DNA of 64,000 bases from assembly GCA_964551725.1 (NCBI GenBank), contig CAZKED010000002.1, positions 1 to 64,000 of the forward strand, read 5' to 3'. The notes under the pieces are model-generated. The model made no database searches, was not told the origin of the DNA, and saw nothing but the letters and a program-made list of their open reading frames with translations. Position numbers and translations under genes: made by a program. Below, piece by piece: positions 48,031 through 58,052 of the stretch. Source of the DNA: an uncultured archaeon (lineage in GTDB: Archaea > Iainarchaeota > Iainarchaeia > Iainarchaeales > DTGL01). The stretch's first letter is position 1. The number at the start of each line of letters is the position of its first letter.

Positions 48031-49281
48031 ATGAGAATTGCTTTCCTTTCAGACTTCCACCTCGGCTTTTCCAATAAGGACAGGGAGGGCGAAGCATTCG
48101 CCCTCGCAAAAGCCGCGCTCTCGCAGGCTCTGAAGGAAAAGCCCGACCTTGTAGTGCTGACCGGCGATTTATTCAACCGCGATGTGCCAGCACAGGAGGA
48201 CTTGCTCGGGGCATTCCTGCTCCTTGCGCAGTGCAGGAGGGCAAAGCAGAGCGGGCTGAAAATTTCCGTGGAAAAAGGTTCGGAAAGAAAACAGGCGGAA
48301 TTTTCGGGAGTGCCGGTAATTTCAATCCACGGCACGCACGAGTTCCGCGGCAGGGATTTCAGGAATGCACTGGAGGTGCTGGATTCCGCGGGCTTTCTCA
48401 TCTACATTCACGCCGCAAGGGCAATAGTTGAATCTGAAAAGGAGAAGATAGTTTTCCACGGTTTGGGCGGAGTGCCGGAAAAAAAAGCGAAGGACGCACT
48501 GCTGAAATGGGCGCCGCAGCCCGTGAAAGGAGCGAAGAACATTCTCCTCCTCCACCAGTCCTTCAGGGAATTTCTGCCGTTTGACGACGAAATGGTCGCC
48601 TCGCTTTCCATAGGCGATTTGCCCCAGGGCTTTGATTTCACCGTGAACGGTCACCTGCACTCCCACGCAGAATTCAGCGAGCAGGAACGCACCCTCATCA
48701 TTCCCGGTTCGACAATAATAACCCAGCTCAAAAAAGCCGAAGCGGGGATTCCAAAGGGGTTTTTCATCCACGATTCTCTCGCGGAAAAAACCCGTTTCGT
48801 GGAACTGGAGGAAAAGAGGACTTTTTATTACAAAAAAATAAGGCTTGAGAACGCCTCGCAGGAAAGCGCGGCGGAAAAAGTGAAAGAGGAACTCGGAGCA
48901 ATTCTCGGGCGCGCGGAAACGCAGGAAAAAATGAAGCCGCTCGTGAGAATTTCCCTGCAGGGAACGCTTGCAAAAGGCTTCAGCGCGGGCGACATCGATT
49001 TGGGCGCAGTGCTGGAAAAATTTTCGGAAAAAGCAGTTGTTTCAATTGCCAGTTCCTTCGCCGAGGAAGACTTCAAAGTGAAGCTGGACGAGCTGAAAAA
49101 GCTCCAGTCGGAGAAGAAATCGATTGCGGAAATGGGCCTCGGCATCCTCGAAAAAAACCTTGCTGAAACGGAATTCGGCGACGCATTTGACGTAAGGAGA
49201 ATGTTCCGGCTCTTAAGCGAGGGAGAAACTGAAAAAGCAATAGAAATTCTTTCCAAAACCAGCGCAGAAGAGGCGAAGTAA
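48031..49281 (+). CDS. mre11: Mre11 nuclease
   Basis: SDFHLG, TGDLF, IHGTHE, LLHQS, NGHLH, PGS. Confidence 0.88.
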   Translation: MRIAFLSDFHLGFSNKDREGEAFALAKAALSQALKEKPDLVVLTGDLFNRDVPAQEDLLGAFLLLAQCRRAKQSGLKISVEKGSERKQAEFSGVPVISIHGTHEFRGRDFRNALEVLDSAGFLIYIHAARAIVESEKEKIVFHGLGGVPEKKAKDALLKWAPQPVKGAKNILLLHQSFREFLPFDDEMVASLSIGDLPQGFDFTVNGHLHSHAEFSEQERTLIIPGSTIITQLKKAEAGIPKGFFIHDSLAEKTRFVELEEKRTFYYKKIRLENASQESAAEKVKEELGAILGRAETQEKMKPLVRISLQGTLAKGFSAGDIDLGAVLEKFSEKAVVSIASSFAEEDFKVKLDELKKLQSEKKSIAEMGLGILEKNLAETEFGDAFDVRRMFRLLSEGETEKAIEILSKTSAEEAK

Positions 49282-49417
49282 AAATTCGGCAATCGCCTTA
49301 TTTTACATAGTTATTTATTTCTTTTGCTTTTCCTAATATTACATTCACTTTTTCCCCTTTAGTGGACACTTTAGAGCCCGGAAAAAGGCACGCGAAAGGG
49401 GGAACCAAGGGTTTTTT

Positions 49418-51370
49418 ATGAGTGCAGTTAATTGGGTTACCGAAAAGGACGAAAAAGGCTGTTACTGGCCGAGCGAGGAAATGAAAAAGAAAGCATTTAT
49501 GTCCCGCCCCGGCATATATGAGGAGGCTTCAAAGGACCCGGAGCAGTTCTGGGCAAAGATGGCAAGAGAAGGCCTCCACTGGTTTGAAAACTTCACGACA
49601 GCATACGAATGGAATCCGCCGCACTACAAGTGGTTTTTGGGCGGGAAAACCAACGCATGCCACAACTGCCTTGACAGGCACGTGGAAGCGGGAAAGGGCA
49701 GCCGCACCGCAATGGTCTGGGTTCCGGAGCCAGTCGGAGAGGAAGCGAAAAAGTTCACTTATTCCGAACTCTTGGAGGAAGTTAAAAAGTTTGCCAACGT
49801 TCTCAAAAAACTCGGAGTGAAAAAAGGCGACCGCGTCGGAATTTATCTGCCGATGATTCCGGAAGTGCAGATAGCAATGCTCGCCTGCGCTCGCATCGGC
49901 GCAGTGCACAGCGTTTGCTTTTCCGCTTTCAGCGGCGAATCCCTCAAGTCAAGACTCGTTGACAGCGAGGCAAAAGTGCTCGTCACAAGCGACGGCTATT
50001 ACAGGAGAGGAAAGCCCCTCAACCTCAAGGGAAACGCGGACACCGCTGTAAAAGGCACGAGTGTTGAAAGCGTTGTAGTCGTGAAGAGAGCCGGGCTCGA
50101 AGTCGAAATGAAGAAAGACCGCGATTACTGGTTCCACGAGCTCATGGAAGAAGCCAGCACCGACTGTCCCGCGGAAAAACTTGACTCGGAGCACATGCTC
50201 TTCACTCTTTACACCTCCGGCACCACGGGAAAGCCCAAGGGCATTGTGCACGAAACAGGCGGCTACATGACCCAAGCCTACTGGTCCTGCAAGTGGACCT
50301 TTGATTTGCATGAAGAGGATGTCTTCTGGTGCACCGCTGACATCGGGTGGGTTACGGGTCATACCTACAACTGTTATGGTCCGCTGGCGGTCGGCACGAC
50401 AATGCTGTTCTTTGAAGGTGCCCCGGACTACCCGGACAAGGACAGGTGGTGGCAGATAGTGGAAGACCACAAGGTAACGGTTTTTTACACTGCGCCCACG
50501 GCAATCAGGATGTTCGCTCTCTGGGGCAACCAATACCCTGAAAAGCACGACCTTTCATCCATCAGACTGCTCGGCACGGTGGGGGAACCGATTGACGAAG
50601 ACGCCTGGAACTGGTATTTCGAGAAAATAGGCGGAAAAAGGTGTCCTGTTGTTGACACCTGGTGGCAGACTGAAACAGGCGCGTTGCTCATTTCCGGGTT
50701 GCCCGGCATTGGTCCTTTCATTCCGACAGTTGCAGGCAGGCCTTTCCCAGGTGTTACAGCGGAAATCGTGGACACTGAGGGGAACGAAGTAAGGGGGAGC
50801 GAAGGCGGCTACCTTATCCTCAAGAGCCCTTTTCCCCCGGCAATGCTGCGCACGATTTACGGGGACGACGAAAAGTACGTGCAGACCTATTTCACGGAAT
50901 ACGGGAAAGAAATATACTTCACGGGCGACGGCTCCAGGTGGTTTGACGAGAACAACATACGCGTTACAGGCAGGATTGACGACGTAATGAAGGTAGCAGG
51001 TCACAGGCTTTCAACCGCAGAGGTAGAGAACGCGATTGCCTCGCACGACAAGGTTTCGGAGTGCGCTGTTGTCCCGAGACCGCACCAGATAAAGGGCGAG
51101 GTTCCGATTGCCTTTGTGGTGCTTAAAGGACACGAGCCCAGCGATGAACTGAGGCAGGAACTCGTCGGGCACGTGCGCAATGAAATAGGCCCGACAGCAA
51201 AGCCCGAGGAAATCTATTTTGTGAGAGATTTGCCTAAAACCAGGAGCGGCAAAATAATGCGCCGCATGCTCAAATCCCTTCTCACAGGCCAGCCGCTGGG
51301 AGACGCCACAACACTCCAAAACCCGCACACGCTGGACAACCTGAAAGAAGTGACCGGCTACAAGGGGTGA
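49418..51370 (+). CDS. acs: Acetate--CoA ligase (AMP-forming)
   Basis: YTSGTTGKPKG, WCTADIGWVTGH, DTWWQTETG, GRIDDV, PKTRSGKIMRR. Confidence 0.96.
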   Translation: MSAVNWVTEKDEKGCYWPSEEMKKKAFMSRPGIYEEASKDPEQFWAKMAREGLHWFENFTTAYEWNPPHYKWFLGGKTNACHNCLDRHVEAGKGSRTAMVWVPEPVGEEAKKFTYSELLEEVKKFANVLKKLGVKKGDRVGIYLPMIPEVQIAMLACARIGAVHSVCFSAFSGESLKSRLVDSEAKVLVTSDGYYRRGKPLNLKGNADTAVKGTSVESVVVVKRAGLEVEMKKDRDYWFHELMEEASTDCPAEKLDSEHMLFTLYTSGTTGKPKGIVHETGGYMTQAYWSCKWTFDLHEEDVFWCTADIGWVTGHTYNCYGPLAVGTTMLFFEGAPDYPDKDRWWQIVEDHKVTVFYTAPTAIRMFALWGNQYPEKHDLSSIRLLGTVGEPIDEDAWNWYFEKIGGKRCPVVDTWWQTETGALLISGLPGIGPFIPTVAGRPFPGVTAEIVDTEGNEVRGSEGGYLILKSPFPPAMLRTIYGDDEKYVQTYFTEYGKEIYFTGDGSRWFDENNIRVTGRIDDVMKVAGHRLSTAEVENAIASHDKVSECAVVPRPHQIKGEVPIAFVVLKGHEPSDELRQELVGHVRNEIGPTAKPEEIYFVRDLPKTRSGKIMRRMLKSLLTGQPLGDATTLQNPHTLDNLKEVTGYKG

Positions 51371-51401
51371 GCCCTTGTAGGGTTTTCGTTTTTCGCCCCC
51401 T

Positions 51402-52577
51402 TCACGGCAGAAAGTCCTTGTTCTTTATTTTTTTTGGCAAATATTCCTCGGCAACGAATTCCAGCGATTTGTTCGCGAGCGCCTGCTGCTCTATCCTGAC
51501 TTTCTGGGAGATTGCGGTCCTGAGTTCTTTCTGCCAGGGCTTGTTTTTGAACCAGTCGTATGCAAGCATTTCCTTCGCCCTTTTTATGTCGCCTGGTTTC
51601 ATTTTTTCTGTTACGTTATCCAAGTTGTAGTTTTTGATGTCCTCCAGCGTCATTCCTATATAGCGCGCTTCAGGGCAGGCAAGGAAAGCGGAGTGCGCTG
51701 CCAGCGCCATGGAGCCCTGCTTTACAACGCTGTAAATGTACCAGCCGTAGGGGTCGCCGTCGCAGAACATGAGCACAGGAAGCTTTTTTTCGGTGTGCAG
51801 GCGGTGAATCAGCCTTCGGGTTCCGCGGGCGGCCTGCCCTCCTGTTCCCACCAGAATTGCCTTGTTTTTTTTGGCAAAATCCTCCTCAATCAAGCGCTCG
51901 TACATTGCGCTTGTTTCAATAACGAGCACGTATTTTGCATCCGCCTGCTTTATCTCTATTTCGTTCGGCTCCATTCTGCTCATAACGCTCCAGCCGCCTC
52001 TTCCCAGTTTGAGGCAGTTGAACTTGTCGTTGTGATGCCGCCTGTCAACGAGCGTTATGTCCCCGTAGAGTGTTCCTTTTGGGTTTGCGTGCACGTTCAA
52101 TTTTTCCCTGATTGTATCGACAGAGTGCTCCAAGTCGACAATGCAGGCGTCTGATTCGCGCTGGTCGTCGAAGGTGTTCTCTTTCGTGCCCTTGATGTTG
52201 TGCTTTAATTCGTAGTATATTTCCCTGATTGAAGCGGTTTTGTTGTGGTTCAGGTAATCGTGGCATTTGCTGGTTACGAGCATTGTCTGGAGGAATTTTT
52301 TAGTGTGCGCTATGTTTAAGAAAGACCTCGTTGTTTCCTTGTCCCCTAACTCGATTATTCCCTTGTCCTCGTCGAATTCAACGTTTCCGCGCCCCCTTTG
52401 TTTTGTCACAAACCTCGGGTTTTCTCCTTTTTTTATCTGTTTCACTATTTTTTCGCTCATTTCCCTGATTCTTTTCGCTATTTCCTTGGGTCCTTCCTTT
52501 TCGTGCTTGGGGGATTTTTTTTTCTTTTTTTTCTTCCCGCTTTTAGCGGTTTTTCTGGCTTTCTTTTTTTTTGCCAT
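51402..52577 (-). CDS. top6A: DNA topoisomerase VI subunit A
   Basis: REIYY catalytic Tyr, TOPRIM E...DGDPYG, IEQQAL. Confidence 0.95.
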   Translation of the reverse strand: MAKKKKARKTAKSGKKKKKKKSPKHEKEGPKEIAKRIREMSEKIVKQIKKGENPRFVTKQRGRGNVEFDEDKGIIELGDKETTRSFLNIAHTKKFLQTMLVTSKCHDYLNHNKTASIREIYYELKHNIKGTKENTFDDQRESDACIVDLEHSVDTIREKLNVHANPKGTLYGDITLVDRRHHNDKFNCLKLGRGGWSVMSRMEPNEIEIKQADAKYVLVIETSAMYERLIEEDFAKKNKAILVGTGGQAARGTRRLIHRLHTEKKLPVLMFCDGDPYGWYIYSVVKQGSMALAAHSAFLACPEARYIGMTLEDIKNYNLDNVTEKMKPGDIKRAKEMLAYDWFKNKPWQKELRTAISQKVRIEQQALANKSLEFVAEEYLPKKIKNKDFLP

Positions 52578-54280
52578 CAGTCCTCACCTTCTTCCTCCCC
52601 GAACACTTCCTCGCGGAATTTCTTAATCCTTTCCTTTTTTTTCTTTTTCTTTTCCTCTTCGTGCTTTTTTTCTTCTTCGGGCTTTTCAAGTCTGAGTTTT
52701 GTGAGCACGAGGTACTCAAGTTTTTTCACCATCATTTTTTTGTCGGCTTTTGTCACTTTGTTGAGCGCTGTTGCTATTTCGGGAATATACTTGTAGAACA
52801 TGTCGCGCTTCATTTTGTTCTCTATTTCCTTTCTCCTCTCCCTTATATAGTGGGAAGTGCGGCGAGCGCACTGCATTAGTGCTAGGCGCAGTTCTTCCAT
52901 TACGTCGTCCTCGTCCGTGATTGCCTGTTTTCCCGCCCCGGTGTAGGGCACGTGCACTGAAGTGAAGTTCACGAAAATTGTGAGCGGAACATTTTCCAGG
53001 TCTCTTACGCCATAGCGTTTCCAGTCAACGCTGTGCACTGCTTTTGTAATGGCGCAGTTTCCGCCGTCGAAGAGAAGGGGAGCACGGTTCGCGAAACGCA
53101 TTATTTCCACTTTTGCGTCTATTTCCCCCTCCATTATGTCTTTTGTGGCGTTTCCGGAGGACTCTCCGTTCGTTCCCCTGCCTGCTTTTCCACCGTATGC
53201 GATTCCTATTTCGACTTGGAAGGGGAATCCTCCGGCATACACTTTGGGCGGTCTTGTGAGCGTATACACGAATTCCGGTTCGACTATTGATTCAAGGGAC
53301 TTTTTTATCCTGCTCTCTCCTATGGGCCTTAACCCGTCGGTGCTCGGGGCAATGAATTCGACCTTTTTGAATGCTTGGATTATCTGTTCGGCTTCGTCCC
53401 ATGAAAGCTTTTTGGGGTCCTTGTTGAGGTCGAATTTCACCTGCTTTTGCAGCTTGTCAATGGACGTGTCGCCTATTCTCTCAAAGTCCGTTTTGAGGAA
53501 GCTTGAAACCTTTCTTCCCGTGGTAGAGCGCCCCATGGTGATTATTTCGTCCACTGTTACGCCGTTGGGGTGCGGTTTCATCGGCTTGGGAAGCTTTGGA
53601 ATGTAGGCAGCAGTGCGCTTGAATGTGACTTTTTCCCCCTTGGGTGAAACGAAGGTAATCTGCGCGTGAGGATTCGCTATTGCTGTCCTGCGTATGTATT
53701 CCATGGGCCCTGTTGCCGCTTCCCTGTACATTACGTTCTTGAATTTTGCCTGCACCATGAGCCCGCGGAATTTTTTCTCCAAATCGCGCATGTTCTCTAT
53801 TTTGGGCTCGTTCTTTTTCGGGTCAATCGTAATCTCGCACGCAAATGGCTTTCCTTTTTCAGTTCCCGAAATAACCTTTATCGCCTTCCCCGTTGTCATC
53901 TGGGAAAGCATTGTTGCGCCGGAAGCTCCGATCCCCTGCTGGCCCCGCATTTGAATCAAGCGGTGGAATTTTGTTCCCGCCAAAAGCTGCCCGAGCGCTT
54001 TTCCCACCGTCTGTTTTGTCAGACCCGGACCGTTGTCTTTCACCGTGAGCACATAGTATTCCTCGCCCAGTTCCTCCAGTTTCACGTCGATTTCCGGCAG
54101 AATGTGGGCTTCCTCGCAGGCATCCAAGGCGTTGGTCAGATACTCGTGCACCACTGTTGTAAGCGAGCGCACCTTTCCGTACAATCCGAGCATTTGCCTG
54201 TTCTTTTTGAAGAATTCCGCAACGCTGTGCTCTTTGAATTCTTTTGCGAGTTTTTCCCCGCTGATGATTCCGTCCGCCAT
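52577..54280 (-). CDS. top6B: DNA topoisomerase VI subunit B
   Basis: AEFFKKNRQMLG, E...NALDACEE, DNGPG, RGQQGIG, RFANRAPL. Confidence 0.95.
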   Translation of the reverse strand: MADGIISGEKLAKEFKEHSVAEFFKKNRQMLGLYGKVRSLTTVVHEYLTNALDACEEAHILPEIDVKLEELGEEYYVLTVKDNGPGLTKQTVGKALGQLLAGTKFHRLIQMRGQQGIGASGATMLSQMTTGKAIKVISGTEKGKPFACEITIDPKKNEPKIENMRDLEKKFRGLMVQAKFKNVMYREAATGPMEYIRRTAIANPHAQITFVSPKGEKVTFKRTAAYIPKLPKPMKPHPNGVTVDEIITMGRSTTGRKVSSFLKTDFERIGDTSIDKLQKQVKFDLNKDPKKLSWDEAEQIIQAFKKVEFIAPSTDGLRPIGESRIKKSLESIVEPEFVYTLTRPPKVYAGGFPFQVEIGIAYGGKAGRGTNGESSGNATKDIMEGEIDAKVEIMRFANRAPLLFDGGNCAITKAVHSVDWKRYGVRDLENVPLTIFVNFTSVHVPYTGAGKQAITDEDDVMEELRLALMQCARRTSHYIRERRKEIENKMKRDMFYKYIPEIATALNKVTKADKKMMVKKLEYLVLTKLRLEKPEEEKKHEEEKKKKKKERIKKFREEVFGEEEGED

Positions 54281-54304
54281 TTTTTCACTATTTCCCTTTC
54301 GCAC

Positions 54305-54835
54305 TTACAGTTCGAATTTTTTCTCCGTTAATTTCCTCTTCCTGATGCGCTCGTACACCGTCGCAATGTTCGCTCCCTTGAGGAGCATTTCAACTGCTTC
54401 CTCGGCGAGCGCTATTTCCTCTATTCCCCCGATTATTGAAATCGTGTTTCCGTGCACTGAAATGTAGCAGTTTGTTTCCCTTTCAATTTTTTCCCTTACC
54501 GTGCCGCTCCTTCCTATAACGCGCGCTTTTTTTTGGTGTATTGCTTTCTCGCTTTTTCCTATTATTTCCCTGAGGGAAAGAATTCTGAGCGCGAATTCCT
54601 CGTTTGCCAAGAGCAATGCCTTGTTGGGGGAAAAACCGCGTGCAATCGCTTTCACTACGTCCCTTGCCCTGAATTCCTCGAAATCCTTTTCTGCGGAGAT
54701 TTCCACTTCCCCGCTTTTTGAATTCACGCTGAGTTTTGCGTTTGTCGCTTCCTCAATCCGCCTCCTTGTTTTTCCTCCCTCGCCGATAAGCACCCCTATT
54801 CTTTCCCTTGGCATTTTTACGGCTTCTTCCTGCAT
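54305..54835 (-). CDS. KH-domain RNA-processing protein (Dim2/Pno1-like)
   Basis: RIGVLIGEGG, AIARGFSP, ARVIGRSG, EMLLKGA. Confidence 0.9.
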   Translation of the reverse strand: MQEEAVKMPRERIGVLIGEGGKTRRRIEEATNAKLSVNSKSGEVEISAEKDFEEFRARDVVKAIARGFSPNKALLLANEEFALRILSLREIIGKSEKAIHQKKARVIGRSGTVREKIERETNCYISVHGNTISIIGGIEEIALAEEAVEMLLKGANIATVYERIRKRKLTEKKFEL

Positions 54836-54935
54836 TGAAATCCCTTGCGCGCATCCGCTATTAAAAAAAAGACCAAAAGATTTAAAAATTGAAATATGCG
54901 TTTTTTTGGGCAAAAGACTTCAAAATTATGCACTT

Positions 54936-55694
54936 TCAGATTTTCCCCTTGAGGGCTTTTACCTCGGCTTTTAGCTCTTCGGTGCCCACTTTTTCGCCTG
55001 TTTTGGAGAGGTAATTTGCGATGTTTTCCAGGTCCCGCTGGAAAAACCGCTCTGCGCTGGGATGCGTTGTGAGAACTGCCTGCGCACAATCAATTATTAC
55101 TGGTTCGCCGTTGAAATTGAGAATGTTGTACTCGGAAAGGTCCGCGTGCACTAACTCTGCACAAAAAACCATTCTCGCCAGTGCTTCGACAATCATTTTC
55201 CTCAGGAGCACGGCGTCTATCGCAGATTCTTTGAGGGTTTTCGCTGCCGTTTTTCCCCCGATGAATTCCATTACCAGAACGTTTTCGTGGAATGCCAATG
55301 GCATGGGCACCCTTATCCCGGCTTCTGTGAACTTTTCCAGGTTTTTGAATTCCTTGCGAGTCCACTGGTAAATTAGTTCCCTGCGGGACTTTTTCACTTT
55401 TTTGAAGCGCAAGTCGCCTTCAATGTACGCGCGCATGTGCTTGAATTTGCTCGTTTCAATCTTGTAAATTTTCACCGCCCGCGGGTTTCCCGCGGGGTCG
55501 GCAGCGCGGAAAACCTGGGCTTCCTTGCCGGCATTCACCAAGTGCTCCAGCGCGTCAATGTATCCACGCTGCGCGAGCACGTGCACTGCTTTGACGGTGC
55601 GCTCGTCGAAAACTTCGCCGAACACCTTGCGGACAGCTTCGCCGCGGAAGTGCTCCATTTTTTCCGCGTGCTCCCCGCTTTTTCGCCCTGCCAT
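54936..55694 (-). CDS. rio1: RIO1 family kinase
   Basis: GKEAQVF, AVKIY, W..KEFKNL, LVHADLSEYNIL, IDCAQAV. Confidence 0.92.
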   Translation of the reverse strand: MAGRKSGEHAEKMEHFRGEAVRKVFGEVFDERTVKAVHVLAQRGYIDALEHLVNAGKEAQVFRAADPAGNPRAVKIYKIETSKFKHMRAYIEGDLRFKKVKKSRRELIYQWTRKEFKNLEKFTEAGIRVPMPLAFHENVLVMEFIGGKTAAKTLKESAIDAVLLRKMIVEALARMVFCAELVHADLSEYNILNFNGEPVIIDCAQAVLTTHPSAERFFQRDLENIANYLSKTGEKVGTEELKAEVKALKGKI

Positions 55695-55740
55695 GAAAAA
55701 AATAGTAATGGAAAGGATTTTTTTACCCTTTCTTTTGCGT

Positions 55741-56076
55741 TTAAACAGGCAGTCCTTTGAGGAACCCCTTTCTTGCAAGATAGTTTTTCTGCCCGCCCAG
55801 ATATCTCCAGACAATGTCGGCTTTGCTGGGCTGGAAGTCCCACACCTTGATTATTATGAGGTCTCCTTCCCTTATCCAGACCCTTTTCCTCATCTTTCCG
55901 GTTATTCTGCAGTTCCGCTCCGTGCCGTCCTGGCATGTTGCCCTCACTTGGTCTGTGCCGTGCATTTTTGTCACTATTGCGAACTGCTCGTTGTCCCTTT
56001 CCCTGGGCATTCTCAGTCTTCTCGGTGAATCCTCTTCCGAGTATTCCCTGTTGAAGTTCTTTTTTTTCCTCCTCAT
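55741..56076 (-). CDS. eif1a: Translation initiation factor 1A
   Basis: CRITGKMRKRVWIREGD...WDFQ..KADIVWRY. Confidence 0.93.
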   Translation of the reverse strand: MRRKKKNFNREYSEEDSPRRLRMPRERDNEQFAIVTKMHGTDQVRATCQDGTERNCRITGKMRKRVWIREGDLIIIKVWDFQPSKADIVWRYLGGQKNYLARKGFLKGLPV

Positions 56077-56080
56077 CCCG

Positions 56081-56371
56081 TCAAACCCTGTAAATCTGAG
56101 CGTGAGGAACTCCCGCAATCTTAATTATGTCCCTCTCGCTTATTAAACCTTTCTTCAATGCTGCCGCAACAACTTTTTCTCCGAGGAGATTTATGTTCGA
56201 GTGCTCTTCCATCAGAGAGAGCAGTTCTTTTTCGGTTACTGCCGAGCCCTTGTAGAATGCTTCGCTCACCCTGAAGTCAAGTTCGCCCTTTTTAAGCGTT
56301 TTCCCGAGGAGAACGCTGTCGCATGCCGCGAGAACGCTTTTTCCCTGCAGTGAATGGATTTTGCAGTGCAC
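56081..56371 (-). CDS. DUF424 family protein
   Basis: VLAACD..LLGK, FYKG, INLLGEK, GVPHAQ. Confidence 0.88.
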   Translation of the reverse strand: MHCKIHSLQGKSVLAACDSVLLGKTLKKGELDFRVSEAFYKGSAVTEKELLSLMEEHSNINLLGEKVVAAALKKGLISERDIIKIAGVPHAQIYRV

Positions 56372-56373
56372 TT

Positions 56374-56775
56374 TTATTCCCTCACCGCTGAGAGCGCGCC
56401 GCAGGCCTCGCATTTAAGCATTTTGATGCCTTTGTGCTCTGTCATTTTTGTGTCGGGTCTCCGGCACTCGTGGCATAAAACGAATTTTTCTAGGTATCCG
56501 TTGATGAGGTTCTGTATTTCCTTCTGGGAAAACCTTCCCTTCAGAATCAGGCGCTCCGAATCAATGTTTGCAAACGTTCCCGTCTGCTTTGTAATGTATT
56601 TCAGGGCGTGCTTTTCGTCCCTGTTGATTGTTTTCATTATTTTCACGAAATTGCTTACAACCGTGCGGTTGCCCTGTGAAAGGCTTTTTGCAACGGGCAT
56701 TTCAAACCTTTCCTTGTGCAGTGTTTTTTCCGGCAAATTCTTGTAGAGTTTGTCCAGTGCCTGTTCATACTTCAA
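56374..56775 (-). CDS. eif2b: Translation initiation factor 2 beta
   Basis: YEQALD..Y, RFEMP, FVLCHECRRPDT, CEACGA. Confidence 0.93.
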   Translation of the reverse strand: MKYEQALDKLYKNLPEKTLHKERFEMPVAKSLSQGNRTVVSNFVKIMKTINRDEKHALKYITKQTGTFANIDSERLILKGRFSQKEIQNLINGYLEKFVLCHECRRPDTKMTEHKGIKMLKCEACGALSAVRE

Positions 56776-57323
56776 TCAATCACCTTCCTTTCCACGGTGA
56801 GCTCGCTTGCTCTCGTAAATCCGCCAAGCTCTTCGCCTTCCTCTTTTTCTTTTTCCCTGCGGGTTTTTCCTTCTTTCCTTTTGCTCCCTTTTTCCCCGGC
56901 TTTCTTCTTTTTTCCTTTTGCGTGTTTCCTTGCACTTACTGATTTCAGCACTTCAAGTCTTTTAAGCATTTCTTCCTCGAAAGAGAGCTTTTGGATTCCC
57001 TCGAGCGCAATGAATACGCCCCTGTTTCCTTCGCGCGGCTTTCCCACGACGCTCACCACGTCGCCCTCTCGCACGTTTTCCAGCAGTGCGCGTTCTTCCC
57101 CGAACGCGAGCACGTCCATTGCAGCGGAAAAGTCGTCAATTGAAATGCTTGAAAGTTGTTCCGAGCTGAACGTGCGGACGCAGTTGCCCCAGCAGTTCAC
57201 CCTTGAAATTTTTTCCCCGCTTTCAAGCGTTGCATAGTTCGGCTCGAACTCGCCCTCGCTTTTGAAATAGCGCGCTTTTTCCAGTTCTCCGAGCGTTACC
57301 CTTTTTGCAACCGCGGTTTTCAA
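56772..57323 (-). CDS. OB-fold protein (RPA32-like)
   Basis: ISRVNCWG, IDD, GDVVSVVGKPRE. Confidence 0.7.
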   Translation of the reverse strand: MKTAVAKRVTLGELEKARYFKSEGEFEPNYATLESGEKISRVNCWGNCVRTFSSEQLSSISIDDFSAAMDVLAFGEERALLENVREGDVVSVVGKPREGNRGVFIALEGIQKLSFEEEMLKRLEVLKSVSARKHAKGKKKKAGEKGSKRKEGKTRREKEKEEGEELGGFTRASELTVERKVID

Positions 57324-57400
57324 TTTAAAGCCCCCATAGAATTAATAATTACTTAAGTTATAAAAGGGTGTGGTGCAATAATTGTGAACGGTTGAACGGA

Positions 57401-58018
57401 ATGGAACTGCCGGCTTTTTTGCAGGAAGAGGAATTAACCCCGAAAAAAATGCTCGCAATAGCCGCAATCGTGGTTTTTTTCGTGGCGGTTGTGGCTTACC
57501 TTTTCTATTTCAAGCCAGGGCTGCTGCACGAACTCCTTGTCAGTTACGGTCCCTTAGGGCTTTTTGTGGGCGCAATTGCGGCGAATGCGACAATACTGCT
57601 CCCGCTGCCCATTGACATCTTGGTTTTTGCTGTCGGCGGCGAGTCCTTTTTTGGCTTGGGCGCGTTTGACCCTTTTGTTTTGGGGGTTTTGGTGGGAATT
57701 GGTTCCGCGATAGGCGAAATGAGCGGCTACATACTGGGCGTGCTAGGAATAAAGAACATAGAAAAAATGAAAAAGCACGAGATTGAAAGGGTTAAAAGAT
57801 TGAAGAGGCGGATTTCGAAATACGGGATGTTGATAATCGCTTTAGCCGCTCTCACACCGTTTCCGTTCGACCTGGTGGGAATTGCCGCTGGACTGGTAAA
57901 ATTCAATCCCAGGAAATTCTTCACAGCCTGCGCGATAGGAAAAGGGATGCGTTACGTGCTGATTGCTTACGCCGGCGCTGTTTCCATTCCCGCCGTAAAA
58001 ATAATTTTCGGTCTCTGA
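57401..58018 (+). CDS. VTT/DedA (SNARE-associated) membrane protein
   Basis: ILLPLP, GSAIGEMSGY..G, TPFPFDLVGIAAG, GK..RY. Confidence 0.85.
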   Translation: MELPAFLQEEELTPKKMLAIAAIVVFFVAVVAYLFYFKPGLLHELLVSYGPLGLFVGAIAANATILLPLPIDILVFAVGGESFFGLGAFDPFVLGVLVGIGSAIGEMSGYILGVLGIKNIEKMKKHEIERVKRLKRRISKYGMLIIALAALTPFPFDLVGIAAGLVKFNPRKFFTACAIGKGMRYVLIAYAGAVSIPAVKIIFGL

Positions 58019-58052
58019 TTTTACTGCACAGGAGCGTTGCGCGCTCCGGGGT

